Shown here: positions 31,870-41,043 of the stretch, piece after piece
Position numbering within the stretch: the stretch's first letter is position 1
Layout: every line of letters starts with the position of its first letter
Assembly (NCBI GenBank): GCA_965217115.1
Contig: OZ244239.1
Location: 1,632,001-1,696,000 of the forward strand
Reading direction: 5' to 3'
Source: Bdellovibrionales bacterium
GTDB lineage: Bacteria; Bdellovibrionota; Bdellovibrionia; Bdellovibrionales; CAYMLA01
Length of the DNA: 64,000 bases
Translations under genes and position numbers: made by a program
Notes under the pieces: generated by a model
Database searches by the model: none
Told to the model about the DNA's origin: nothing
Seen by the model: the letters and a program-made list of their open reading frames with translations, nothing else

Positions 31870-32262
31870 TCATCTACAAAGGTTTTTCATCATACGAGCA
31901 AAGGTCCTTAGCGCAGAGTCTATATCATCAGTTCCTTTCTTATAAAGACTCAAATGAGGGACCCATATATTAGAAAGACTTGAGCCTAATATTTCTGTTT
32001 CTTCAAGAATAATACCACCTTTAATTGGCAAAGAGGGGGCAACAAGTTTGATTGATTTAACTAATTCTTTAGTTTGACGTCTCTTAGTTCCCCAAACAGC
32101 ACTAGCATGTTCTAAGTTGTTGTAGTAGTGCTCATTCGTCCCATAAGCAGTCATACTTTCTGCAGCTATGGAAAGCCCCTTTGCAATACCACATTCCGAC
32201 TCTGTATTTGCAAAAGAAGTCGAAACTATTAAACTAGCAAAAACAACTATCAATGATCTCAT
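31870..32262 (-). CDS. Hypothetical secreted protein
   Basis: SD AGGAGG; signal peptide ending SFA; no known motif. Confidence 0.7.
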   Translation of the reverse strand: MRSLIVVFASLIVSTSFANTESECGIAKGLSIAAESMTAYGTNEHYYNNLEHASAVWGTKRRQTKELVKSIKLVAPSLPIKGGIILEETEILGSSLSNIWVPHLSLYKKGTDDIDSALRTFARMMKNLCR

Positions 32263-32382
32263 GATTCCTCCTGATTACTCATCTGAGTAATGGTTTAATT
32301 ACAAGCCTTGCAAATTACAGCGCGTACAAGTTTCGCACACACTGCAAGAAATTTATAGCAAAGAAAACTTCAATATTACGAG

Positions 32383-32793
32383 TTACTTAAATTGTTCGCC
32401 AAGAGAACAAACACCTGTTCTAGTCTCTTTTTTAGAAGTAATAACCCCAGTGCTGTTTTTAATATGCATAGTGATTAAGTTATTATCACTATCTTTAAAA
32501 CTAAAATGTAACAAATTTTTCTGGTTCTCTATAATTGTGGAGTTTACCTCTATTGCAATGCCTGCTTTTGAAAGAGCCATAATCGTCTTAACAGGAGCAC
32601 TAGAGTCGCCAAGAGTGACTGTTGCAACCCAATCTTTCAAGTTCAAGTATGCTGTAAAGTCAAATTTAGCATCAGCATCAGAAAACTCACATGAAACAGC
32701 CTTAAAAGAAACGTTGGATGAAACTTTCAACTCAGAATTTGCGCTTGCATGAATAGAGACTCCCAACAAAAGGGATAATAATATTTTTTTCAT
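32383..32793 (-). CDS. Hypothetical secreted protein (start reassigned to MKKILL)
   Basis: SD AAGGAG; signal peptide ending ASA; two Cys; beta-rich appearance. Confidence 0.7.
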   Translation of the reverse strand: MKKILLSLLLGVSIHASANSELKVSSNVSFKAVSCEFSDADAKFDFTAYLNLKDWVATVTLGDSSAPVKTIMALSKAGIAIEVNSTIIENQKNLLHFSFKDSDNNLITMHIKNSTGVITSKKETRTGVCSLGEQFK

Positions 32794-33000
32794 AAGATTC
32801 TCCTTATTTATGACCCTTTGTAACAAGGGTTTAAGTTTTATTAGAGCTTGTGCTCATAATTCAGTTTGCTTAACAGGAGGTTTAGACAAAGAAGAAGAGA
32901 CAAGCAAGCAAAAACTTAACTAAGCGCAATAGCCTAAGATGTCTACCTGAGCCACCTTGTGAGCGTGCTGTCCATGAGCAACAACGCACAGCACCAGCTC

Positions 33001-33150
33001 TCCCCCCCCCCTTTTTTTTTCCGTTGTCCCCCTTCCCGTTGTTCCCCTTCCCGTTGTTCCCCTTCTCGTTGTTCCCCTCTCGTTGTTCCCCTCTCGTTCT
33101 TCCCCCCACCCTCCGTTGTTCTCCCCCTCCCTCCCTCCCCGTTGTTCCCA
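33001..33150. repeat. C10-T9 homopolymer plus degenerate pyrimidine-rich repeat (CGTTGTTCCCC core, about 14-15-nt period)
   Basis: About 8 imperfect copies directly visible; G-rich GGGGAACAACG on the minus strand. Confidence 0.85.
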
Positions 33151-33174
33151 GTCAAGCGCAGGTTTCTAAAGTGA

Positions 33175-33290
33175 GTTTTTTAAGTGGGCTTTTGTTTTCA
33201 GATGAGTTCGGCTTGGTGCTCTGCTCGCTGAAGCGAGCGGTGCAGCCAAACGCATGTCTGAATCTGAAAATAGAAGCCCACTTAAAAAAC
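33175..33290 (+). repeat. Long palindromic hairpin element, copy B
   Basis: 29-bp stem 33175-33203/33262-33290 (two G-T pairs) around GAGTTCGGCTTGG...CCAAACGCATGTCTGA; homologous to the reverse complement of copy A. Confidence 0.9.
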
Positions 33291-33393
33291 GGCACCATTC
33301 GCCCAAACCCAGCAAAAATTGGTTAAAAGTTAAACAAAACCCCAACCTTTACCAAAATAATTCAGAAATTCGCATAGTTTTCTCGACCTGTCT

Positions 33394-33420
33394 TAAGTCT
33401 AGATGAATTCAGGCCGACGA
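33394..33420 (+). promoter_or_regulatory. Putative sigma-28 (FliA) promoter
   Basis: TAAG-N15-GCCGACGA versus consensus TAAA-N15-GCCGATAA, 38 nt upstream of the PilZ gene. Confidence 0.5.
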
Positions 33421-33458
33421 GTGTTTGTGAGATAAATTTTCTAGGGAGTGACTAAGCA

Positions 33459-34055
33459 ATGAAGAATAAGAAGGATCTAGAATTTCAAAATTTAGCACAA
33501 TGGCATGTTTTGAGAGGAGAGACAAAGAGTGGTCCTTTTAGTTATTTAGAAGTTATTTCCATGCTTCAGGGAAAAGATGTTTTTGAGTTTGATTATATTT
33601 GGAAAAAAGATATGAAAAATTGGGAGCGTATCGCTCTATTAGAAGAGTTCAGTTCAGAGGCAATAGGTCATTTGAAAAAAAATGAGGATATTGAGGTGAA
33701 GGATGTTTTTCATCGTCGCCGGCATCTTCGAACCGCATTTCAGGAGAGGGCTCTTGTGCATAATAATAAGTGCTTTTGGAATGGCAAAGGAATTGAAATA
33801 AGCTCAGGCGGAGCTGGAATTATTATGGAAAATGCAACCCTACAGCCGAAGGATGTTTTATTTATACATTTTGTTCCTAGTGGAGAGATACCTGCCTTTA
33901 ATGCTATTTGTGAAGTTGTTGGTAAGCAGTATGTAGATGGGGTGGAGAAAAAAGATGAACCTATTCGTTACGATGTGAAGTTCACTGGTTTAGATATAAA
34001 AGCACGTAAAAATATTAGTGTGTTTATAAATAAAAAATTCCCCAATGCTTCCTAA
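33459..34055 (+). CDS. GYF_2 (DUF4339)-PilZ domain protein
   Basis: W....GPFS...IWKKDMKNW (GYF_2); RRHLR (RxxxR) and EISSGG (PilZ). Confidence 0.8.
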   Translation: MKNKKDLEFQNLAQWHVLRGETKSGPFSYLEVISMLQGKDVFEFDYIWKKDMKNWERIALLEEFSSEAIGHLKKNEDIEVKDVFHRRRHLRTAFQERALVHNNKCFWNGKGIEISSGGAGIIMENATLQPKDVLFIHFVPSGEIPAFNAICEVVGKQYVDGVEKKDEPIRYDVKFTGLDIKARKNISVFINKKFPNAS

Positions 34056-34072
34056 ATTAGGGTGGTCGTTTT

Positions 34073-35038
34073 ATGATTTGGATAAGAATATTCTGGTTAT
34101 CAATTTTGTCCCTAATGATGTCTTGTGGGAACAAGAAGTTTGATATTAAATCGCAAACAAGGGCCTTCAAAGGTTATGTGGAAGTCAATAACAAAGTTGA
34201 TATTTTGTGGGTTCTTGATAATTCATCTTCGATGGAGAGGCATCAAGAGCTTTTGAGTCAGCAGGTAGATTTCTTTATGAAGTCTATTCTAAAAGGTAAT
34301 TATGATTTTCATATTGGCGTGATCCATACGGATATGACTCCGAGTAAAGGGCCTGGAGTTTTATTGGGAAATCCTTCGGTGCTGACGTCGTCGACCTCTG
34401 ATGTTCAGAGTCTCTTGCAGGAAAAATTCCAGGTGGGAGATACTGGAACTAACTTTGAGCAGGGGTTGGCAGCAATGGAGGCAGCTTTGTCCCCGGATTA
34501 TTTACAGGGAGTTAATCAGGGTTTTCTCCGTCAAGAGGCTTCCTTGGTGGTGATATTTCTTAGTGATGAAGATGACCATAGTTCTGAAGAAGTGACTCAT
34601 TACATTCAAATTTTGAATCAATTAAAAGGAGCGTCTGCGAAGAAAAGTAGAGGTTGGGATGTCCATTTTATTGGTGTTCTAGAGGATAGTTTGTCTTGTA
34701 CCACGATGAATGACTACTCCGAAGTGGGTCAACGTTACATGGAGATGGTGAACGAATCTGGAGGAGCTAAAGAATCTATCTGTGCGGCGGATTTTTCAAC
34801 AGCTTTGTCCAGAATTCAATCAAGAATAGTGAGTGTACTTACGGATTTTCCTTTGGATAGAAGGCCTATTATTGAGTCTATTCAAGTTTGGACAAATGAT
34901 GTTAAAGTGCCTCAAAACTCAGAGAACGGTTGGGTTTATTTAGCAGATAAAAATGCAGTGTCTTTTCGAGGGTCGTTCATTCCTAAAAATGGGGCAAAAA
35001 TTCGCGTGGATTTTACTCCAGTGAGTGTTTTTGAGTGA
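34073..35038 (+). CDS. vWA-like domain lipoprotein
   Basis: Lipobox MMSC; VDILWVLDNSSSM (MIDAS DxSxS); FLSDEDD. Confidence 0.75.
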   Translation: MIWIRIFWLSILSLMMSCGNKKFDIKSQTRAFKGYVEVNNKVDILWVLDNSSSMERHQELLSQQVDFFMKSILKGNYDFHIGVIHTDMTPSKGPGVLLGNPSVLTSSTSDVQSLLQEKFQVGDTGTNFEQGLAAMEAALSPDYLQGVNQGFLRQEASLVVIFLSDEDDHSSEEVTHYIQILNQLKGASAKKSRGWDVHFIGVLEDSLSCTTMNDYSEVGQRYMEMVNESGGAKESICAADFSTALSRIQSRIVSVLTDFPLDRRPIIESIQVWTNDVKVPQNSENGWVYLADKNAVSFRGSFIPKNGAKIRVDFTPVSVFE

Positions 35039-35371
35039 TTTTTCTTGTAGGTAATACGCCCTAACTATTCTTTTTAAGATGTTTTTTTCTTTCTTCTTCG
35101 GCGTTTTCTACGCTTGTTTTTCTTACAGGTAATATTAATAAAACCTTAAAAATTCACGATCGTACAAGTATGTGACCTCTTAGGGTTATCTGTCAAGTGT
35201 GAGAAGAAGCTGTGAAAGTGGGTTGGCCAATATTAGGGGATGGATGGTGTGGGTCCACTGATTTTTCTTGCAGAGGCTCGGAATTTAACGGGAATTCAGT
35301 GACAGAGGGAAAGCGGTTTGGTAGGGTTTGGTGGCATTTGCAAGTGAGAGTCGTGTAGAGGAGATAAGGGT

Positions 35372-35971
35372 ATGCCAGAAAACCCTTCTGGAGTGGATAT
35401 GGGCGTGGGAGCTGGGGGTGTTTTGCCTGGTTCTCAGATGAGTTCGCGTATAGCTGGTGATCAGACGGTTCAAGATGAATCCCGTGCTTTTGCTATGACC
35501 ACCCGTTTAGATAAGCTTGTGGCGTGGGGTCGTAGAAATTCTTTATGGCCTTTGCCCTATGGAACGGCCTGTTGTGGTATTGAGTTGATGTCAGTGATGG
35601 GGCCTCGTTATGATTTAGCTCGTTTTGGAGCTGAGGTGGTTCGTTTTTCGCCCCGTCAAGCAGACTTGATGCTAGTGGCTGGAACGATTACAGAAAAAAT
35701 GGCCCCTGTCCTTTTGCGTATTTATCAACAAATGTTGGAACCAAAGTATGTTTTGTCGATGGGGGCCTGTGCGAGTTCTGGTGGATTTTATCGTGCTTAT
35801 CATGTGGTTCAAGGGATTGATCGTATCATTCCTGTGGATGTTTATGTTCCCGGGTGTCCTCCGACTCCAGAAGCTGTTTTGGATGGAGTGATGGTTTTGC
35901 AAAAAATGATCACAGACGGGACTCCGCGACCATGGAAAGAGAATTGGAAAGAGAATTGGAAAGATAATTAA
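35372..35971 (+). CDS. nuoB: NADH-quinone oxidoreductase subunit B
   Basis: [33 protein letters not shown]. Confidence 0.96.
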   Translation: MPENPSGVDMGVGAGGVLPGSQMSSRIAGDQTVQDESRAFAMTTRLDKLVAWGRRNSLWPLPYGTACCGIELMSVMGPRYDLARFGAEVVRFSPRQADLMLVAGTITEKMAPVLLRIYQQMLEPKYVLSMGACASSGGFYRAYHVVQGIDRIIPVDVYVPGCPPTPEAVLDGVMVLQKMITDGTPRPWKENWKENWKDN

Positions 35972-35986
35972 GAGATGTTGGTTTAA

Positions 35987-37672
35987 ATGAATGTAAAAAT
36001 AGAAAAGATAAAAAAAGAATTAGAGGTTAAAAACCTTGTTTTAAAGTCAGAGTTTACAACAGTTTTCAATGATGAAGTGCTGACTCTGGATAAAGAAGAA
36101 ATTGTTGCTGTGTTATCGCATCTTAAAAAAGAAAGTCATTATGATTTCTTGATGGATATCTGTGGTGTGGATTACCCAAAAAGAGAAAAACGTTTTGAAG
36201 TGGTTTACCATTTATACTCATCTAAGGACGCTCAACGTTTGCGTATAAAATTAAAAGTAGCAGAGGGTGAGAGTGTGAAAACGGCAACCACTGTTTGGAA
36301 AGGGGCGGATTGGTTTGAGCGAGAGACCTATGAAATGTTTGGAATTAATTTTAGTGGGCATCGGAATTTACGTCGTCTATTAACTCATCACCAATTTGAG
36401 GGATATCCACTTCGTAAGGATTACGATGCCGATCGACAACAGCATTGCTATGAATCTCTGCCGGTGCATTTTAATATTGATGATGAGCACGACTCGATTG
36501 AACCGAGTGACAACATGGTTCCCATTAATATTGGCCCTTCCCATCCAGCGACCCATGGAACGTTGCGTGTAATGGCTGAATTAGATGGGGAGACGATTGT
36601 AAGAGCGAATCCTGAAATAGGTTATCTCCACCGTTGTTTTGAAAAAATGGCAGAAACTCACACTTACAATCAAGTGATTCCCTACACTGATCGCTTGAAT
36701 TACTGTTCGGCAGCGTCTAACAATATTGGTTATTGCAAGACTGTGGAGAGAATATTGGAAGTTGAAATTCCTGCCAGAGCACAGACAATGAGAGTGATTT
36801 TAGCTGAACTATCCCGAGTGATTGATCACATTATAGCTGTTGGAACAGGAGCTGTGGACTTAGGAGCCTTATCGGGGTTCTTTTATTTATTTACTTTTAG
36901 GGAAAAGGTTTACACTCTTTTTGAAAAACTTTGTGGAGCACGCTTGACAGTGGCTTTGACTCGAGTGGGTGGAATGACTCAGGATGCACCAGAGGGATGG
37001 TTTGATGATGTCCTGGGTTTTTGTAAAGAGATGAGAACTGAGTTAGATCAAATGGAGTCTTTGCTAATAGACAATAAAATTTTTATTAAGAGAACTCGTG
37101 ATGTTGGTAACATAACACAAGAGAATGCGATTGAGTGGGGTTATACGGGGCCTTTATTGAGATCGACAGGAGTGAGTCAAGATTTACGTAAATCCCAGCC
37201 TTACTATGGTTATGATCAGTATGATTTCGATGTTCCTATTGGAAGCACGGGTGATCTTTACGATCGTTATTTAGTGCGCGTTGAGGAAATGCGTCAGTCT
37301 TTGCATATTATTGAGCAAGCTTCTCGTAATATTCCTGGTGGGGATTACACGATCAGGGATAAGAATATCGTGTTACCTGAAAAAAAAGATGTCTATGGAA
37401 ACATCGAGGGTTTAATGAATCATTTTATGTTGGTGATCAATGGCTTGCGGCCTCCTGCAGGAGAACTTTACGATGCGACCGAGGCTCCTAATGGTGAGTT
37501 GGGTTTTTATTTAGTGAGCGATGAGAGTGGGAACCCCTATCGTTTGAAAGTTCGCCCCCCTTGTTTTGCCATTTATCAGTCTTTTTCAGAAGTGGCAAAG
37601 GGTGGGTTGATAGCTGATGCAATAGCAACGATAGCAACGATGAATTTAATTGCGGGTGAGTTGGATCGCTAG
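35987..37672 (+). CDS. nuoCD: NADH-quinone oxidoreductase fused subunit C/D
   Basis: WFERETYEMFG and YPLRKD (C), then GPSHPATHGTLR, GYLHR, GELDR (D). Confidence 0.95.
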   Translation: MNVKIEKIKKELEVKNLVLKSEFTTVFNDEVLTLDKEEIVAVLSHLKKESHYDFLMDICGVDYPKREKRFEVVYHLYSSKDAQRLRIKLKVAEGESVKTATTVWKGADWFERETYEMFGINFSGHRNLRRLLTHHQFEGYPLRKDYDADRQQHCYESLPVHFNIDDEHDSIEPSDNMVPINIGPSHPATHGTLRVMAELDGETIVRANPEIGYLHRCFEKMAETHTYNQVIPYTDRLNYCSAASNNIGYCKTVERILEVEIPARAQTMRVILAELSRVIDHIIAVGTGAVDLGALSGFFYLFTFREKVYTLFEKLCGARLTVALTRVGGMTQDAPEGWFDDVLGFCKEMRTELDQMESLLIDNKIFIKRTRDVGNITQENAIEWGYTGPLLRSTGVSQDLRKSQPYYGYDQYDFDVPIGSTGDLYDRYLVRVEEMRQSLHIIEQASRNIPGGDYTIRDKNIVLPEKKDVYGNIEGLMNHFMLVINGLRPPAGELYDATEAPNGELGFYLVSDESGNPYRLKVRPPCFAIYQSFSEVAKGGLIADAIATIATMNLIAGELDR

Positions 37673-37692
37673 AGAAAATAAAAAGGGTTAAT

Positions 37693-38166
37693 ATGTTTAA
37701 GTTATCAGATGAAGGTTTGAGTTTTGTAAAAAAGGAATTGGGCAGATATGAGGAATCAGAGTCGGCAATCATCCCATGCCTTTTTATGGCTCAGAAAGAA
37801 AATGGTGGGCACATATCCGACGAGGTGATTGACTGCCTAAGTGAGGTAATGAAGCTACCGACATCTAAGATTAATGAGGTTTTTAAATTCTATACGATGT
37901 TTAATCAGAAACCTGTTGGGAAACACCATGTGCAGGTGTGCAATAATATTTCCTGCGCTTTAAACGGTGGGCGTGAATTGACAGATTATATCTGTAAAGA
38001 ATTGGGAACGAGCGTTGATCAGGTGACAGAGGATAATCAATTTAGTGTGTCGCGTGTGGAGTGCTTGGGATCTTGTGGAACGGCTCCTATGATGCAGGTT
38101 AACGATAGTTATTATGAGGGATTGGATAATAATTCAGCGATGAAAATTTTGCGGGAGTTGAATTAA
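37693..38166 (+). CDS. nuoE: NADH-quinone oxidoreductase subunit E
   Basis: FYTMF, CNNISC, ECLGSC 2Fe-2S ligands. Confidence 0.95.
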   Translation: MFKLSDEGLSFVKKELGRYEESESAIIPCLFMAQKENGGHISDEVIDCLSEVMKLPTSKINEVFKFYTMFNQKPVGKHHVQVCNNISCALNGGRELTDYICKELGTSVDQVTEDNQFSVSRVECLGSCGTAPMMQVNDSYYEGLDNNSAMKILRELN

Positions 38167-39467
38167 TGGAATTAAAACTGCTTACAGAATTTTATCATCT
38201 TGATGAATTCAGAACTTTAGATGGCTACAGGAAAAATGGTGGATATGCTGTTTTAAAAAAAGCACTAAAAATGAAGCCGAATGATATTAAAGACGAGGTA
38301 AAAGCTTCGGGTTTGCGTGGTCGTGGAGGAGCTGGATTTCCTACGGGAGTTAAGTGGGGTTTTTTACCAGACAATAGTGAACCTCGTTATTTACTTTGCA
38401 ATGCAGACGAAGGTGAACCTGGAACTTTTAAAGATCGCGAGATGATGGAGCGTGCGCCCCATCAGTTGATAGAGGGAATGATTATTTCAGCCTATGGGGT
38501 TGGGGCTAATAAGGCTTATATATATATTCGTGGAGAGTATAATTATCCCTATTCTGTGTTGAGAGAAGCACTGGATGAAGCTTATAAAGCGGGTTGTTTG
38601 GGTAGGGATATTTTGGGATCTGGTTTTGACTTAGAGATGGATTTATACTCTGGGGCGGGAGCTTATATTTGTGGAGAGGAGACGGGAATGATTTCTTCTC
38701 TTGAGGGTAAAAAAGGACAACCTAAATTGAAACCGCCCTTTCCTGCGATTCAGGGATATTTGCGTAAGCCAACTATTGTGAATAACGTTGAAACACTGGC
38801 TGCAGTGATTCCTATTATTCGTGATGGAGCGGAGGCTTATAAAAAAATTGGTACAGAGAAGTCGACGGGGACAAAATTATTTTCCATCAGTGGTAATGTG
38901 ATGAAACCAGGAAATTATGAAGTCCCTTTAGGGGTTCCGTTAAAAGATTTTATCAATCAGTTAGCTGGGGGAGTGCCCCCAGGGCGTAAATTGAAAGCGG
39001 TGATTCCGGGAGGTTCGTCAGCTCCTGTATTGACGACTGAAGAGGTGGAAGTTGCCTGTTTAGATTATGAATCTTTATCTGGTCTTGGCAGTATGTTGGG
39101 ATCAGGAGCGATCATTGTTATAGATGATTCTAATTGTATGGTGGATTTATTAAGTGTGTTGTCACATTTTTATCAACATGAGTCTTGTGGTCAATGCACC
39201 CCTTGTCGTGAGGGTACGGGTTGGTTATATAAGATAGTTAACAGTATTTTAGCGGGAGAGGGGAGACTTCAGGATATAGAACTCTTGGAGAAAGTAGCCA
39301 ATGAGATGAAGGGTAAAACAATCTGTGCTTTATCAGATGCGGCGGCATTACCAGTGTTGAGCTTTATTGAAAAATTCCGTGATGAATTTGAATTTTTTGT
39401 GCGCGAAGGGCGTTCAAAGGTGAAGGGAAATATTTATCGTGCACCAGAAGGAGCGGTTCATGCTTAA
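38166..39467 (+). CDS. nuoF: NADH-quinone oxidoreductase subunit F
   Basis: GRGGAGFPTG, NADEGEPG, YICGEET, CGQCTPCREG. Confidence 0.97.
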   Translation: MELKLLTEFYHLDEFRTLDGYRKNGGYAVLKKALKMKPNDIKDEVKASGLRGRGGAGFPTGVKWGFLPDNSEPRYLLCNADEGEPGTFKDREMMERAPHQLIEGMIISAYGVGANKAYIYIRGEYNYPYSVLREALDEAYKAGCLGRDILGSGFDLEMDLYSGAGAYICGEETGMISSLEGKKGQPKLKPPFPAIQGYLRKPTIVNNVETLAAVIPIIRDGAEAYKKIGTEKSTGTKLFSISGNVMKPGNYEVPLGVPLKDFINQLAGGVPPGRKLKAVIPGGSSAPVLTTEEVEVACLDYESLSGLGSMLGSGAIIVIDDSNCMVDLLSVLSHFYQHESCGQCTPCREGTGWLYKIVNSILAGEGRLQDIELLEKVANEMKGKTICALSDAAALPVLSFIEKFRDEFEFFVREGRSKVKGNIYRAPEGAVHA

Positions 39468-41043
39468 ATGTACAGTCAACGGAAAAGAGATTGAAGTCGA
39501 AAAGGGCACGACTGTTATAGAGGCTTTTAAGAAAGGTGAACAGGATATAGCCCATTACTGTTGGCATCCAGGTCTTAGTGTAGCAGGAGCGTGTCGTCTC
39601 TGTATGGTTGAAATAGAAGGCAACCCTCGGTTGCAGATTTCTTGTAATACAACTGTGCAAGATGGAATGGTCGTCAGTAACCAAACTGAAAAAGTGAAAG
39701 AGGCTGTTCGTTGGGGTTTGGATTTTCATTTGATTAATCATCCGTTGGATTGTCCTATTTGCGATCAGGCAGGAGAGTGCGAGCTTCAGGAGCAGTACAT
39801 GAAGTTTGGACAGTATGATTCTTCCATGGCAGAGAATAAGGTTAAGAAACAAAAAGTAGTGAGTTTAGGTGAGAGAGTTGTTTTAGATTCAGAGAGATGT
39901 GTTCTTTGCTCCCGTTGTGTGCGTTTTACGGATGAGGTGACAGAGACCCATGAGTTGGGAATTTTTAACCGAGGAAATCGTAGTGAGTTAGGAACATTTA
40001 AAAATCGTCCGCTCGATAATAAGTACTCTTTGAACACGGTGGATATTTGTCCTGTGGGGGCGTTGACCTCTAAGGATTTTCGCTTTGAGCAAAGGGTGTG
40101 GCTTTTAAAAGAGACGGAAACCACCTGCCCAGGTTGTTCTACGGGGTGTAGGGTGAAGGTTTATCATAATAATTCGGGTGTTTATCGTATTAAACCAGTT
40201 TATGATAAAGAGGTTAATGGGTATTGGATGTGTGATGAAGGGCGTGATATTTATAAATCAGTAAATAAAGAACAGCGTCTGGGGTATGGTAAAAAACACA
40301 ATGGACTCTCTTGGGATTTGATGTCTCCAGGTGAAGCGGTTAAATCGGCGGCCTGTGATCTTCAGGGAATAGATAAGAAGTCGGTCGCTTTAGTATTGAC
40401 GGGCCAATTTAGCAATGAGGAGTATGAAAAAGCCATTGTTGAATTTAAGGGGAGTTATAATTCAGAAAATATTCACCATTGGCAGAATGAAGAAGAGATG
40501 GCAGATGATTTTGATGGGTTATTGATTCGTGGTGATAAAAACCCAAATACTCGTGGTTTAAAAGAGGCTTTAAATAAAAATTCTATTGAGGCTGTGCAGT
40601 TGAATCAGCTAGAAGAGAAAATAAATTCTGGTGTTATCAAAGCTGTCATTGTGGCTTCTCCTGAGAATTTGTTAGGGTATAGTGATTTTAGTAACAAGGT
40701 GAATTTATTTTCTAAGGTAGAGAAGATCGTGTGGTTAACAGCGGTGAAGAGTAAAGAGCTGGACTCTTTGATAGGTGATGTTTATCAGATACCATTGAAG
40801 ACCTTTGTTGAAAAATCGGGAACAACGATAAACTATGCAGGATTAGAGAGGAAACGACAGAAGGCGATGATTATTATATCTACGGCATTCACTTTAGATC
40901 AGGCGTTAACTTTGTTGGTTGGAAAAAACATTGTTCCTGAAACTGTAACTGGTGTGGGGGATAAGACGTCAGAAGTGACCGATCATGTAACTAACCAAAT
41001 GCGTGTGACAAATGAATTTGTTCACAGAAGAGGTTCTTTATGA
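39460..41043 (+). CDS. nuoG: NADH-quinone oxidoreductase subunit G (short form)
   Basis: CWHP...GACRLC, HPLDCPICDQAGEC, CVLCSRC, CPGCSTGC. Confidence 0.9.
   Translation: MLKCTVNGKEIEVEKGTTVIEAFKKGEQDIAHYCWHPGLSVAGACRLCMVEIEGNPRLQISCNTTVQDGMVVSNQTEKVKEAVRWGLDFHLINHPLDCPICDQAGECELQEQYMKFGQYDSSMAENKVKKQKVVSLGERVVLDSERCVLCSRCVRFTDEVTETHELGIFNRGNRSELGTFKNRPLDNKYSLNTVDICPVGALTSKDFRFEQRVWLLKETETTCPGCSTGCRVKVYHNNSGVYRIKPVYDKEVNGYWMCDEGRDIYKSVNKEQRLGYGKKHNGLSWDLMSPGEAVKSAACDLQGIDKKSVALVLTGQFSNEEYEKAIVEFKGSYNSENIHHWQNEEEMADDFDGLLIRGDKNPNTRGLKEALNKNSIEAVQLNQLEEKINSGVIKAVIVASPENLLGYSDFSNKVNLFSKVEKIVWLTAVKSKELDSLIGDVYQIPLKTFVEKSGTTINYAGLERKRQKAMIIISTAFTLDQALTLLVGKNIVPETVTGVGDKTSEVTDHVTNQMRVTNEFVHRRGSL

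Larger units (their letters stand above)
31518..32341. repeat. 31-bp direct repeat pair (31518-31548 and 32311-32341)
   Basis: CAAATTACAGCGCGTACAAGTTT(T/C)GCACACA, 30/31 identical. Confidence 0.9.

Noticed and set aside
32882..33326. Overlapping ORFs in the low-complexity region
   Set aside because: They are translations of simple repeats in several frames, with no coding features.
35039..35371. Hidden nuoA or riboswitch upstream of nuoB
   Set aside because: No suitable hydrophobic ORF or recognisable aptamer was found.
35932..35968. 12-bp repeat at the nuoB 3' end (WKEN-like x3) and 21-bp repeat in the SPOUT methyltransferase gene
   Set aside because: These are small in-frame slippage duplications in variable regions, with no sign of special function.
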